A stretch of 63,944 bases of DNA, the filler included, from Chiloscyllium plagiosum (taxonomy: Eukaryota), in the NCBI RefSeq assembly GCF_004010195.1. It is 5 parts of one record of this genome, joined end to end, with 100 filler letters (N's around TTAATTAATTAA, not from the genome) between each part and the next. Parts side by side here need not be neighbours in the genome. Positions count along the whole stretch, not along the records: positions 1 to 18,828 come from NC_057714.1; positions 18,929 to 30,484 come from NC_057714.1; 3 more parts are not named here. One strand, given 5' to 3'. Position 1 is the first letter of the stretch, and each line of letters opens with the position of its first letter. The notes beneath the pieces are model-generated. The model made no database searches, had not been told where the DNA came from, and saw nothing but the letters and a program-made list of their open reading frames with translations. The translations under genes were made by a program, and so were the position numbers. Below, piece by piece: positions 10,761 through 23,464 of this stretch.

Positions 10761-12179
10761 ATATGCATCTCTTACAATCTATCAACGTTATCACCTTCCA
10801 TTCACAAAAAAAATATCAGTCAAAGTATTCATCACAGAAGGGACCCTCATTCCAAGAAAACGACAATAATCGTATTCCATGATCTCATAATGATTCTTCT
10901 TCCTACAAAACAAATGTAGTTTCAGCTTTATATGCAGTCAATCTGATTTTATTCCTTTTGAAGCTAATTGCCTTCACCTCCTTCAGCCAATTCATGTTCA
11001 GCAAGGACTGGTTCCAGCTGACAACCCCTTCCCATCATCCATTTTGGTTGGAGGGTGAATGTTTCATCCATTTGTTCCCCTTTTTTTTCTTCATTTTCAT
11101 TTCCATTCGTGAGCCTGAGGAGTCCACCTGACTCCTAAGTGGTTGGGAGATAACGGTGCATCTGCCGAATCTCCATTTTGTTGAGGTTGCTCTGGCCCTA
11201 TGATTCTGGTCCCCCTGACCTGGGTCCAAAACCAGTCCCTCTCCAAGTTTCCAGAAATGAACTGCAGCATTAAATAAGAAAAGATTCTGGATAAGAAACA
11301 AATGGGACTGCAGAAGAGGCTAAGTCTTCTATTTCTGCTTCGAGTTCATATGTTTGCACTTCACAGTTCCAGGCGGGATACCTCAAACTGTTTAGCTCCT
11401 GGGTGAGGAGGCATGAACTATATCTTATTGATTATTCACCCACTGTTTAGTTGGTCACAATAACGTTAAATATAAAAGAATCTCTACCTCCCAGTTCCAA
11501 ATGAACTTAGGTTTTAAAAGGAGCTAATTTAACCAGGCTTTTCTGAATTAACAAAACTAGTCAGTTCACTCATTATTAAACAGGATATAGGAACGAAGCA
11601 CATAGCTTGCAACGAAGAGGTGAATCCAAAAAGATAAATGTTAACAGAAGGTCTTATGTTCAGTCTCTGAATTGTTTGTAAAGAGTGGATAGCTGAAAGC
11701 AGCAGTGGCTGCAACTTGCAGTGGATATTTGCAGTGGTCTTGAAGCTATATAGTTGATTTCAACTTTCTTGGCTTTACAGCTTCTTTTAGCCAAATCCTT
11801 TCAGCAGTGGCTAACTTGCAGCAGTCTGAGTGAGGGAGAGTATTCTCCCTTTCCTTAATTGCAATGCAAGGGCATTTGAATGATCATTCCCAGGGCTGTG
11901 ACCTTCACAACATGCTAGTCCAATACTAGGACATCAAGCCACGAATGACACAGAGAAGAATTGAACCTTCATTTTAACACCTATTCCTGTGTATTCTTGA
12001 AAGGTAAAAGCATCTCTCGCCACAATTGCTATCTCTTTTTACCATCTTGTTCACAGTCTGGAATACTACAAGTTTGTAGTGCAGTTTTTTTCCTTTTGAA
12101 GTTTCTTTGACACCTTGTCATATGTGACATTCCAAAGTCTTCCTCTCACTCTCTCTCTTTTTCTCTCTCAGATAGCCAC

Positions 12180-12465
12180 AGTGGCTCAGTGGTTAGCACC
12201 GCTGCCTCACCGCACCAAGGTCCCAGGTTTGATTTCAGCCTCGGGTGACTGTCAGTGTGGATTTTACACATTCTCCCTGTGTCTGTGTGGGTTTGCTCTC
12301 ACAGTCCAAAGATGTGCAGCTCAGTTGAATTGGCCATGCTAAATTACCCATAGTGTCAAGTGCATTAGTCAGAGGAAAATGGGTCTGGGTGGGTTACTCT
12401 TTGGAGGATCAGTGTGGACTTGTTGGGCTGAAGGGCCTGTTTCCACACTGTAGAGAATCTAATCT
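12180..12465 (+). mobile_element. tRNA-derived HE1-type (V-)SINE
   Basis: A box GTGGCTCAGTGG, B-box-like motif, core CACAGTCCAAAGATGTGCAG, AATCT tail; TSD AGATAGCCAC at 12170-12179 and 12466-12475. Confidence 0.9.
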
Positions 12466-13689
12466 AGATAGCCACTAAATTTATATCTACACTTAACCTT
12501 TGCTTATATGTCCTTTCTAAAAACAATTTGCATGTCACAATTGAAGTTTGATACGATCGTAAGTGATTTGGGATTTTGAGGCTTCACTGCTTTGAACCAA
12601 CAGTGCTACATATGTTTGCAAGCTTGGTGGAGCTACTAATCCCACTGTGGATAGAGAACTTTTCACTCTTCCCAAACAACTCCTTCACCAAGGCCTTCGG
12701 GGTTGTTTGAAGACTACATGGGAGAGTGCCCTGTTTTGCCATGTTCACTCTTTTTGCACAACTGTCTTCCTCAGTTCCATCCAGCGCCGGATGTGGCTAG
12801 AATGTACCTCCCCTTTAAGAAATTCAGGCTGGCTTTAAGTGATACTAACCTTACATGAGCCTGATCCCACTGTTCAGACACATGCAGACTCTCAGCATTG
12901 TGTTTAGCAGTGGACTACAAATAGAAATCAATTACATGCGCAGACAACATGAGGTCTGCATTGAAAGTGTGTGAGTGAATTCCATAACTCTGCCAGTTTT
13001 TAGAGACAAATGTAATTCAGTCAGGATGATATGAGAGCTCAATAACTGGGTTCAGGAAGTTTGGATGAGGGATTGGGGCTTAAGGAAAGACAGCTCCCTG
13101 CTCTGATTGTTATCCCATGTCCCCAATGGATCAATGTCTGAATAAATTTAAGTCTGTCAATGATTGGGAATATCTGTCATTCCATCTTGGACAGATGAAG
13201 ATTCGCTCTCTGCATTCGGATGAGAAATGATTACTTAAGCAAACTATTTGAGCACTATCAGCAGTGGGTGGAATCCTTCCCCAACATGGACCAATCCCTT
13301 CAGGAGTGGAGACAAGAAACGTGAGAACAACAAAGAAAAGAGGCTCCTACTGAGTATTTGTGTTTCTATTTTTAGAACTGTACACAAAATAAATTGCTTT
13401 GAAATTTGTCCTATTGTATGTGAAAAGGCACAAGCTGAGAAGACACCAGTGGTGCATGCAGGAAATAATTAGGGTTACTTTCAAAACTCCATAGTCCTTT
13501 GAGTGTTCAGAGGATTATGTTAAGAGAGTTGAATCACTGAACCATAAAACCTTTTAACCGACTTCACTGTTTAATAAGATCATGGCTATTTCTTATTTCA
13601 ACTCCTCCTTGCATTTTTGACTCCATATCCCTTAACGCCCTTGGTTAGCACGAATTTATTGATCTCAGATTTAAAATAACTAATTCAGC

Positions 13690-13780
13690 TTGTGAAGGTA
13701 TTGTCGCTCTGGTAGTGTCCTATCTCTGAGCCAGAAGCTCTGAGTTCAAGTTCCACCCCAGGATTTGGTGGTCAATGAAG
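13690..13780 (+). mobile_element. tRNA-derived SINE head (decayed)
   Basis: tggtagtgtcc...ctctgagccagaagctctgagttcaagt, B-box-like GAGTTCAAGT. Confidence 0.4.
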
Positions 13781-14044
13781 GAATGTTTCTAACATAGGTG
13801 TAAATGCTTCAAAAATATGCTAAAGACAGGCAGTGAGAATGGGAGGGGTTTCTGCTCAGCAATGCGATGGAGAGAAAGTTGCAGCTTCTATAATCACCTT
13901 TTCAAAACTCCTGACAACAAGATACCTGTAAAAGCCCATGGTGCCATGGCAACTCAGGCTCCATTGTTTGGATAGTTGGCATGGAACAGATTGGTGTCAA
14001 CAACCTAGGCTTCAATCCCTGGCTCTCGGGCAGCTTTGGGACCA

Positions 14045-14690
14045 TGCAAAATCCCTACAATGCGGAAAGTGGCTGTTCGACTCATCAAGTCTGCACCAAC
14101 CCTCAAAAAAGCTTTCTACCCAAAACCCCAGCCACATAGACCTGCATTTACCATGGCTAATGCACCTAGTCTGCACAGCTCTGGACTCGACGGGGCAATT
14201 TAATGTGGCCAATTCATCTAACTTACGCATCTTTGGACTGTGGGAGGAAACTGGAGCACCTGGAGGAAACCCACACAGACACAGGGAGAATGTACAAACT
14301 CCACACAAATGCCCGAGGGTGGAATCAAACCTATGTACCTGGTGCTGAGAGGCAGCAATGCTAACCACTGCTCTACCATGCTTCCCCCAATGGCTCTTTC
14401 CATTCAAGAGTTGGAGGTCACAACCTGGTGGGTTGGACCTGCCTTTGTGCATGTCTCCTGGTGTGGGTCTGGATTTAATGATAGCCCTGCCAGTGGAACA
14501 TATTTCATGGAATAGATTCACAGAATCCTTACAGTGTAGAAGCAGGTCATTCAGCCCATCAACTCCACACTGACCCTATCCCTGTAACCCTGCATAACAG
14601 ACAGTCATCCAAGGCTGAGATCGAACCCGGGCCACTGGTGCTGTGAGGCAGTGCTCCAAGGAGTGGAATAACCACTGAACCACTGTGCTG
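14045..14690 (-). mobile_element. HE1-type SINE (14045-14385) plus SINE fragments (14520-14690)
   Basis: Reverse complement of the SINE head and core: gcatctttggactgtgggaggaaactggagcacc...gctaaccactg. Confidence 0.85.
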
Positions 14691-14844
14691 CTCCTCTGTA
14701 ACACTATCAATGCATTTCAAAATCTTAAAAATGGAATCACAACTTAACCTTCCTCAGGTGAATAAATAGTAAGCTCTTCTTGTTATTCAACTCCTTGGAG
14801 TACTGTTAACATTCTGGTGAGTGTGTACTGCACTGTGTTTTCAG

Positions 14845-17800
14845 TTACAGAGTCATAGAGTCATCGAGATGTACAGCACGGAAATAGACTCTTTGTCCAA
14901 CCCATCCATGCTGACCAGACATTCTAACCTAATCTAGTCCCATTTGCCAGCACTTGGCCCATATCCCTCTAAACCCTTCCTATTCATATACCCATCCAGA
15001 TGTCTTTTACATGCTGTAATCGTACTAGCTTCCACCACTTCCTCTGGCAGCTCATTCCATACAAGCACCACCTTCTGTATGAAAACGTTGCCCCTTAGGT
15101 CCCTTTTAAATTTTTCCCGTCTCACCTTAAACCTTTGCTCTCTAGTTCTGGACTCCCCCACCCCAGGGAAAAGACTTTGTCTATTTGTCCTATCCATGCC
15201 CCTCATGATTTTATAATCCTCTATAAGGTCACCCCTCAGCCTCCGACACTCCAGGGAAAACAGCCCCAGCCTATTCAGCCTCTCCCAATAGCTCAAACCC
15301 TCCAACACTGGCAACATCCTTGTAAATCTTTTCTGAACCTTTTCAAGTTTCAAAACATCCTTCTGATTGAAGGGAGACCAGAATTGCATGCAATATTCCA
15401 AAAGTAGCTGAACCAATGTCCTGTACAGCTGCAACATGACCTCTCAACTCCTGTACTCAATACTCTGACCAATAAAGGAAAGTATATTAAACACCTTCTT
15501 CACTATCCTATCTACCTGCAACTCTATTTTCAAGGAAATATGAACCTGCACTCCAAGGTCCCCTGGACCTTACCATTAAGTGTGTAAGTCCTGCTCTGAT
15601 TTGCTTTTCCAAAATGCAGCACCTCACACTTATCTAAATTAAACGCCATCTGCCACTCCTCAGCCCATTGGCCCATCTGATCAAGATCCCATTGTACTCT
15701 GAGGTAACCTTCTTCGCTGTCCACTACACCTCCAATTTTGGTGTCAGCTGCAAATTTACTAACTATACCTCCTATGTTCACATCCAAATCATTTATACAA
15801 ATGATGAAAATTAATGGACCCAGCACCAATCCTTGTGGCACTCCATAGTCTCAGGCCTCCACCCTGAAAAGCAACACCGCACCACCACCCTCTGTCTTTT
15901 ACCTTTGAGCCAGTTCTGTATCCAAATGGCTAGTTCTCCCTGTGTTCCATGAGATCTAACCCTGCTAATCAGTCTCCCATGGGACTTACTGAAGTCCAAA
16001 TAGATCATGTCTACCACTCTGACCTCATCAATCACCTTTGTTACTTATTCAAAAGACTCAATCAAGTTTGTGAGACATGATTTCCCCCACACAAAGCCAT
16101 GTTGACTATCCTTAATTGATCCTTGCCTTTCCAAGTACATGTACATCCTATCCCTTAGGATTCCCTCAAACAACTTGCCCACCACTGACATCTGGTTCAC
16201 TGGTCTATAGTTCCCTGGCTTGTCCTTACTACCCTTCTTAAAGAGTGGCACCACGTTAGCCAACTTCCAGTCTTCCGGCACCTCACCTGTGACTATCGAT
16301 TATACAAATATCTCAGCAAGGGGCCCAGCAATCACTTCTCTAGCTTCCCACAGAGTTCTAGGGTACACCTGTTCAGTCTTGGGGATTTATCCATCTTTAT
16401 GCATTTCAAGACATCCAGCACGTCCTCCTCTCTAATATGGACATTTTTCAAGTTGTCACCATCTATTTCCCTATATTCTGTATTTCCATGTCCTTTTCCA
16501 CAGTAAACACTGATGCAAAATACTTGTTTAGTATCACCCCCATCTCCTGCGGCTCCACGCGTAGGCTGCATTGCTGATCTTTGAGGAGCCCTATTCTCTC
16601 CCTGCTTACCCTTTTGTCCTTAACGTATATGTAAGATCCCTTTGGATTCTCCTTAACTCTATTTGCCAAAGATTTCTCATGTCCCCTTTTTGCCCTCCTG
16701 ATTTCCTTTTTAAGTATACTCCTACTGCCTTTATACTCTTCTAAGGATTCAATCTATCCTGTCTATACCTGAGATATGCTTCCTTTTTCTGAACCAAATC
16801 CTCAATTTCTCTAGTCATCCAGCATTCCTGCACCTACCAGCCTTGCCTTTCACCCTAACAGGAATATACTGTCTCTGGACTCTCGTTATCTCATTTCTGA
16901 AGGCTTTCCATTTTCCAGCCATCCCTTTACTTGCGAACATCTGCTCCAAACAGTTTTTGAAAGCTCTTGCCTAATACCATCAAAATTGGTCTTCGTCCAA
17001 TTTAGAATTCGACTTTTAGATCTGGTCTATCCTTTTCCATTACTATTTTAAAACAAATGGAATTATGACCGCTGGCCCCAAAGTGCTCCCTCACTGACAC
17101 CTCAGCCACCTGCCCTGCTTATTTCCCAAGATTAGGCCAAGTTTTGCACCTTCTATCGTCAATACATCTACGTACTGAATCAGAAAACTTTCTTGTACAC
17201 ACTTAACAAATTCCTCTCCATTTAAACCTTTAATACTATGGCACTCCCAGTCTATGTTTGAAAAGTTAAAATCCCCTACCATAACCACTGTATTATTCTT
17301 ACAGATAACTGAAATCTCCGTAAAATTTGTTTCTCAATTTCCCTCTGACTATTAGAAGGTCTATAATATAATCCCAATAAGGTGATCATCCGTTTCTTGT
17401 TTCTCAGTTCCACCCAAATAACTTCCCTGAATGTATTCCCAGGAATATCCTCCCTCAGCACAGCTGTAATGCTATCCCTTATCAGAAACACCACTCCCCC
17501 TCCTCTCTTCCCTCCATCCCTACCTTCTATCCTTCCTGTAGCATTTGTATCCTGGAACATTAAGCTGCCACTCCTGTTCATACCTGTAATTGCTGTGATA
17601 TCCCAGTCCCATGTTCCTAACCATGCCCTGAATTCATCTACCTTCCCTGTTAGTTGTCTTGCATTGAAGTGAATGCATTTTAATTTATCAGTCCAACCGT
17701 ATTTGCTGCTTTGTCCCTGCCTACCCTGATTGTTTGACTCATTCGTGTTCCCAACTGTACCAGTCTCAGATTGATCTCTTTCCTTACTATTTCTCTGGGT

Positions 17801-18660
17801 CCCTACATTTCCCCCACCTTAGTAGTTTAAATCTTCCCGAGCAGCTCTCGCAAATCTCCCTGCTAGCATTTTGGTCCCCTTCCAATTCAGGTGCAATCCG
17901 TCCTTCTTGTACAGATCACTTCTACCCCAGAAGAGATTCCAATGATCCAAAATGTGAACTCTTCTTCTTTCCACCAGCTCTTCAGCCCTGCATTCATCTG
18001 CTCTATCCTCCTACTCCTCCCCTCCCTAGCTTGTAGCACCAGGAGTAACCCAGATATTATTATCCTCAAGGACCTCCTTTTTAAATTCCTGCCTAATTTC
18101 TATATTCTCCCTTCAGAATCTCATCCTTTTCCTTTCTATGTCATTAGTTCTAATGTGTACAATGACCTCCTGCTGGTCCCTCTCCCCTTTGAGAACATTC
18201 TGCCCCGTCACCGAGATATCCTTGATCTTGGCATCAGGGAGGTAACACACCATTCTGATTTTCCGCTGCTGGCCACAGAAATGTCTGTCTGTGCCTCTGA
18301 CTAGAGAGTCACTGAACACAATCAAACCCTCGGAACCTGACTTCCCTCATTACATTACAGCCAGTCTGGGTATCAGAAACTTGGCTGTTTGTGCTACATT
18401 CCCCTGAGAGTCCATCACCCCGTACATTTTTCAAAACAGCATACTTGTTTGAAATGGGGATAGCATACTTGTTTGAAATGAAGACTCCTGCACTACCTAC
18501 CTCTCTCTCCTAACTTTCCTGGAGTTAACCCATCTACCTGACTGTATCTGCGACTTTTCTCCCTTCCTATAACTGACATCCATCACAGCCCCAGCTCTTG
18601 TAAATTCCTCATTGCCTCTCACTGTCAATCCAACAAATCCATGCGAACTGATAGGATTCA
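14845..18660 (-). mobile_element. CR1-type LINE, near full length, decayed (esterase ORF1 ~17830-18660; APE+RT ORF2 ~14934-17690)
   Basis: ORF1 SDSLVRGTDRHFCG...VIVHIRTNDI (SGNH esterase); ORF2 GGGVVFLIR, MVGDFNF, KPGNYRPV, PQGLVLGP, SKFAADT, LEYCMQFWSP. Confidence 0.95.
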
Positions 18661-18928
18661 CATTGTATACTTTCCAAAATTCATTGCCCAAAACTGCTCA
18701 ATCTCTCCTAGATGTAGGTCATCTAAGACTGTATATAGTAGTCTGGAGCTGCCTTGTACCATTCCTGACATTTGCCCTGGACATGTCAGGCGGGGAATAT
18801 GCATGCCTGGCTTTGAGGACAGAGTCCTNNNNNNNNNNNNNNNNNNNNNNNNNNNNNNNNNNNNNNNNNNNNTTAATTAATTAANNNNNNNNNNNNNNNN
18901 NNNNNNNNNNNNNNNNNNNNNNNNNNNN

Positions 18929-21505
18929 ATTTTGCAAGATGTCACCATCTATTTCCCTACAGTCTATATCTTCCATTTCCTTTTCCACAGTAAATACTGA
19001 TGCAAACTATTCATTTAGTATCTCCCCCATTTTCTGTGGCTCCACACAAAGGCCACCTTGCTGATCTTTGAGGGGCCCTATTCTCTCCCTAGTTACCCTC
19101 ATGTCCTTAATATATTTGTAAAAACCCTTTGGATTCTCCTTAATTCTATTTGCCAAAGCTATCTCATGTCCGTTTTTTGCCCTCCTGATTTCCCTCTTAA
19201 GCATACTCCTACTTCCTTTATACTCTTCTAAGGATTCACTCGATCTATCCTGTCTCTACCTGTCATATGCTTCCTTCTTTTTCTTAACCAATCCCTCAAT
19301 TTCTTTAGTCATCCAGCATTCCCAATACCTACCAGCCTTCCCCTTCACCCTGACAGGAATATACTTTCTCTGGATTCTTGTTATCTCATTTCTGAAGGCT
19401 TCCCATTTTCCAGCCGTCCCTTTACCTGCGAACATCGACCTCCAATCAGCTTTCGAAAGTTCTTGCCTAATACCGTCAAAATTGGCCTTTCTCCAAGTTA
19501 GAAGTTCAAATTTTAGATCTAGTCTATCCTTTTCCATCACTATTTAAAAACGAATGGGATTATGGTCACTGGCCCCAACGTGCTCCCCCACTGACACCTC
19601 AGTCACCTGCCCTGCCTCATTTCCCAAGAGTAGGTCAAGTTTTGCACCTTCTCTGGTAGGTACATCCACATACTGAATCAGAAAATTGTCTTATACACTC
19701 TTAAGAAATTCCTCTCTATCTAAACCTTTAACACTATGACATTCCCAGTTGATGTTTGGAAAGTTAAAATCCCTGACCATAACTACCCTATTCTTACTGA
19801 TAGCTGAGATCTTCTTACAAGTTTGTTTCTCAATTTCCCTCTGACTATTCGGGGATCTATAATACAATCCCAATAAGGTGATCATCCCTTTCTTATTTCT
19901 CAGTTCCACCCAAATAACTTCCCTGGATGTATTTCCGGGAATATCCTCCCTCAGCACAGCTGTAATGCTATCCCTTATCAAAAATGCCACTCCCCCTCCT
20001 CTCTTGCCTCCCTTTCTATCCTTCCTGTAGCATTTGTATCCTGGAACATTAAGATGCCAGTCCTGCCCATCCCTGAGCCTTGTTTCTGGAATTGCTATGA
20101 TATCCCAGTTCCGCTTTCCTGAGTTCATCTGCCTTCCCTGTTAGGCCGCTTGCATTGAAATAAATGCAGTTTAATTTATTAGTCCTACCCTGTCCCTGCC
20201 TGCCCTGACTGTTTGATTCATTTCTGTTCTCAACTGTACCCATCTCTGATCGATCTCTTTCCTTGCTATCTCCCTGGGTCCTACCCCACCACCTTACTAG
20301 TTTAAATCCTCCCAAGCAGTTCTAGCAAATTCCCCTGCCAGTATATTAGTCCCCTTCCAATTTAGGTGCAATCCGTCCTTCTTGTACAGGTCACTTCTAC
20401 CCCAAANNNNNNNNNNNNNNNNNNNNNNNNNNNNNNNNNNNNNNNNNNNNNNNNNNNNNNNNNNNNNNNNNNNNNNNNNNNNNNNNNNNNNNNNNNNNNN
20501 NNNNNNNNNNNNNNNNNNNNNNNNNNNNNNNNNNNNNNNNNNNNNNNNNNNNNNNNNNNNNNNNNNNNNNNNNNNNNNNNNNNNNNNNNNNNNNNNNNNN
20601 NNNNNNNNNNNNNNNNNNNNNNNNNNNNNNNNNNNNNNNNNNNNNNNNNNNNNNNNNNNNNNNNNNNNNNNNNNNNNNNNNNNNNNNNNNNNNNNNNNNN
20701 NNNNNNNNNNNNNNNNNNNNNNNNNNNNNNNNNNNNNNNNNNNNNNNNNNNNNNNNNNNNNNNNNNNNNNNNNNNNNNNNNNNNNNNNNNNNNNNNNNNN
20801 NNNNNNNNNNNNNNNNNNNNNNNNNNNNNNNNNNNNNNNNNNNNNNNNNNNNNNNNNNNNNNNNNNNNNNNNNNNNNNNNNNNNNNNNNNNNNNNNNNNN
20901 NNNNNNNNNNNNNNNNNNNGCTTCTATCTGTCTGTCCAACCGATCCACTCAATCTGATAAGATTCGCATCCAACAGCATTTATGGCAGATATAATCCGCA
21001 GTAACCCTTAAACTCTCTTTAAACTCCCACATCTGACAAGAAGTACATATCACTGCAAAGGCCATTTTTGCTCCTTCACAATCTACAGACCCAGAAAATA
21101 ACACCGTCTTATTCCTCTACAAACACTGCCCCAGGTAAAATATAAGCCATAGCTATTAATTTAAAGTTTAATCAAGAGACTTATCTCCAAAAACATATAA
21201 TCAAGAAAGAATCCACTGTACCCACTACTGCAGCCTTTCTCTTGGACAGACTTAAAACAACAATTAACTTATCTGATTCTGTGCTGTGAACTTCGCCCAA
21301 CAGTTCCTCCAAGATTAGTTGTGAATGTCACTGTTTGTTAATTTTCCCAGATGCACTCCGATGTCCAGCAATATACAAATTCAAACAGCAAAGGCGGTAA
21401 CTCTGCAGGTTCTCTCTCTCGCTCTCTCCTGCACTGTCCTCACCATGTGCTTCCATTGTCTGCTCTTCTCCCTTTTAAACTGCTGTTGTTTTGAGTTTTT
21501 TTTAA
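18929..21505 (-). mobile_element. Second CR1-type LINE copy (5' half incl. 5'UTR), interrupted by N-gap 20407-20919
   Basis: APE domain WDIIAIPET..GYKCYRKDRKGGKRGGGVAFLIR; ORF1 N-terminus ~20920-21010; 5'UTR matches the reverse complement of 35200-35395. Confidence 0.9.
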
Positions 21506-23003
21506 CATCAGAAGATATCAATTCAGTTCCCTGCTGTCCTTTGTCTGCGATTGGGTCGGCAACATCCAAACTCAATATGGCTGGATATCGAGGCCTCTTA
21601 TTAACCTGTTGTTCATGGATAAGATGAAGACAGTTATGGACCACTGCCAGAACCCCATTGTCATTAGTACAGTCAGGGCTTAAAGGGTGATGTGTCAGAG
21701 TGAGGGTTGTTTATCCAAGACTTCACCAGTTACACCTATAGTTGGCATGCCAGGGTTCCAACCAGGGATGATGGACTCAAGGTTCAAACTATGGGTAGCA
21801 AGAGGAGTTTCTAGACTTGTTTGAGGGGGAGGTTATGATGTTTTTTGAGCAACTGAGCCGCAAATACGGGTTGGCCAGCAGAGATCTTTTCCATTTTTTT
21901 CAGGTTAGGGATTTCAATCCAGAAGAAGACAACGCTTCTCACTAAGCCCTATAAGCCCGATACGGAGAGGTTGTTGCTACACTCCACAAACGCCCATTCA
22001 GTTAGTGCCCTCTATTGCAGGGTGTGGCAGGATATTAAACGGTTATGTGAGGTCTGGGAGCAAGAGCTGGGAGTGGAGATCTCTTCTGAAACATGGGAGA
22101 ACATATGGGAGAGTACTCGAAAGATCTCAGTCTGTAATAGGACATGCGCTACACAGTTAAAAGTTCTGCACAGGGCTCATCTGGCACCAGACCATCTAGC
22201 GAAGTTTAAAAAGGGGGCATTTTCAGTGTGCCCCAAATGTAAAATAAGTGTAGGTACTCTAACCCATTGCTTCTGGACATGCCACAGTCTCCGTGTTTAC
22301 TGGAGCGCTGTGGCGGGAGAGATAGGAGGGTATTGAGGACCGAAGTCAAAGTAGATCCGATATCTCTCCTCTTAGGTCTACCAAATTTACCACCTTTAGA
22401 CGGGCATGGGAAGAAACTATTTAATATTCTTGCATACTGTGCATGGAAGAATATTCTGATGAATTGGGTGTCTGAGAACCCGCCGGGCTTGCTGGGATGG
22501 CAGAAATTAGTAATGGAGCACACTCCCTTGGACTTTTTCACATGGTGCACCACACAATACACCATTTTTATAAGACATGGCAGCCCTACTTGAGTTATTT
22601 AGATATAGATTTGTCAGTTGTCCTAACTAGGGCGTTTGTCTAACCAGGTTGGGTAGATTTGTCAAGCCCTGAGCCCTGGAGGGAGTCTCCTGAGTTAATA
22701 CAGGTATATATACACATTGCTCCCGTTCCTTTGTTTGGGAGCCTTGTGCGACGCATAGCTGTTCTGTATTTTGTGGTTTTTAAAATTTTTTTTTGCTTTT
22801 CTTTCTTTTTTTGATGTTGCTTTGCACAGTGTTAGGGTTTGTTTTGTATGATAGGGTAGGTTAGTAGTTGGTAGACAGTAGTTATATTGTAATTTGGTTT
22901 TTTTTGTTTTTATTATACTGATATTTGTTATTGATTGTATTTTTCAATAATTTTATATGTTTGTAAAGTTAAAAAAATTGCAAATAAATATATTTACAAA
23001 AAA
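21505..23003 (+). mobile_element. 5'-truncated L1-clade LINE (ORF2 C-terminus + 3'UTR)
   Basis: QLKVLHRAHLAP...CPKCKISVGTLTHCFWTC (zf-RVT/CCHC); T-rich 3'UTR, AATAAA and A-rich tail ~22985-23003. Confidence 0.9.
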
Positions 23004-23464
23004 TAATGTCGAAGGTAGTCAGGGATATCAGGGTGAGGTGAAGGCTGTCAGGAGGAGCAGTGGAACAGGAGAGGGAGAAGAATCCTCGGAAATTGAAGGG
23101 GTTGGATCAGGTATCCATGAGGGTTTGGGGAATTGATGGGGAATTGGGGGTGTTGGAGCGGCTGCTTTTGGGAGTCAGAAGACAGGGTTATATATCTATG
23201 GTGTTGCAAGGATGGTAGTGGGAGTGAGGCTATCAGCAGTGAGTCGGGTGAAGACAGCCCATTTACAATGCAGAGTCCTCTTGCTATCTCTGACTCAGTC
23301 ATATGCTGCAGACACCATTTCCTGGGCGACTACCACAGAGTCAGCTGCACAGTAGTTTCTTATTTGAAGAATATCACAATGGAAAGACAGATACATTTCC
23401 AGATGACCTTGATATATAACTCCTGTCTACAATGCTGCAACAACTATCCACCCATCAGAAGGCA

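Noticed and set aside
11400..12110. Possible 5' LTR of the env-bearing element
   Set aside because: No visible similarity to the 8924-9432 LTR; may be an unrelated LTR-like repeat but cannot be supported
12180..12250. tRNA-like A/B boxes (also 14320-14385, 34340-34400, 50490-50555)
   Set aside because: SINE heads continuing into SINE core and tail; no complete cloverleaf, so not tRNA genes
18438..18480. Direct repeat AGCATACTTGTTTGAAATG x2
   Set aside because: Local slippage duplication inside a dead CR1 ORF1; no CRISPR-like repeat-spacer array here or anywhere else in the window
18829..18928. TTAATTAATTAA palindrome centred in 100-bp N runs (also 30529-30540, 56456-56467, 62484-62495)
   Set aside because: Artificial six-frame stop linker between joined contigs, not biological; adjacency across these gaps is uncertain
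20362..21004. Long ORFs of 180-265 aa here and at 45093-45890 and 36385-36759
   Set aside because: They consist mostly of translated N's
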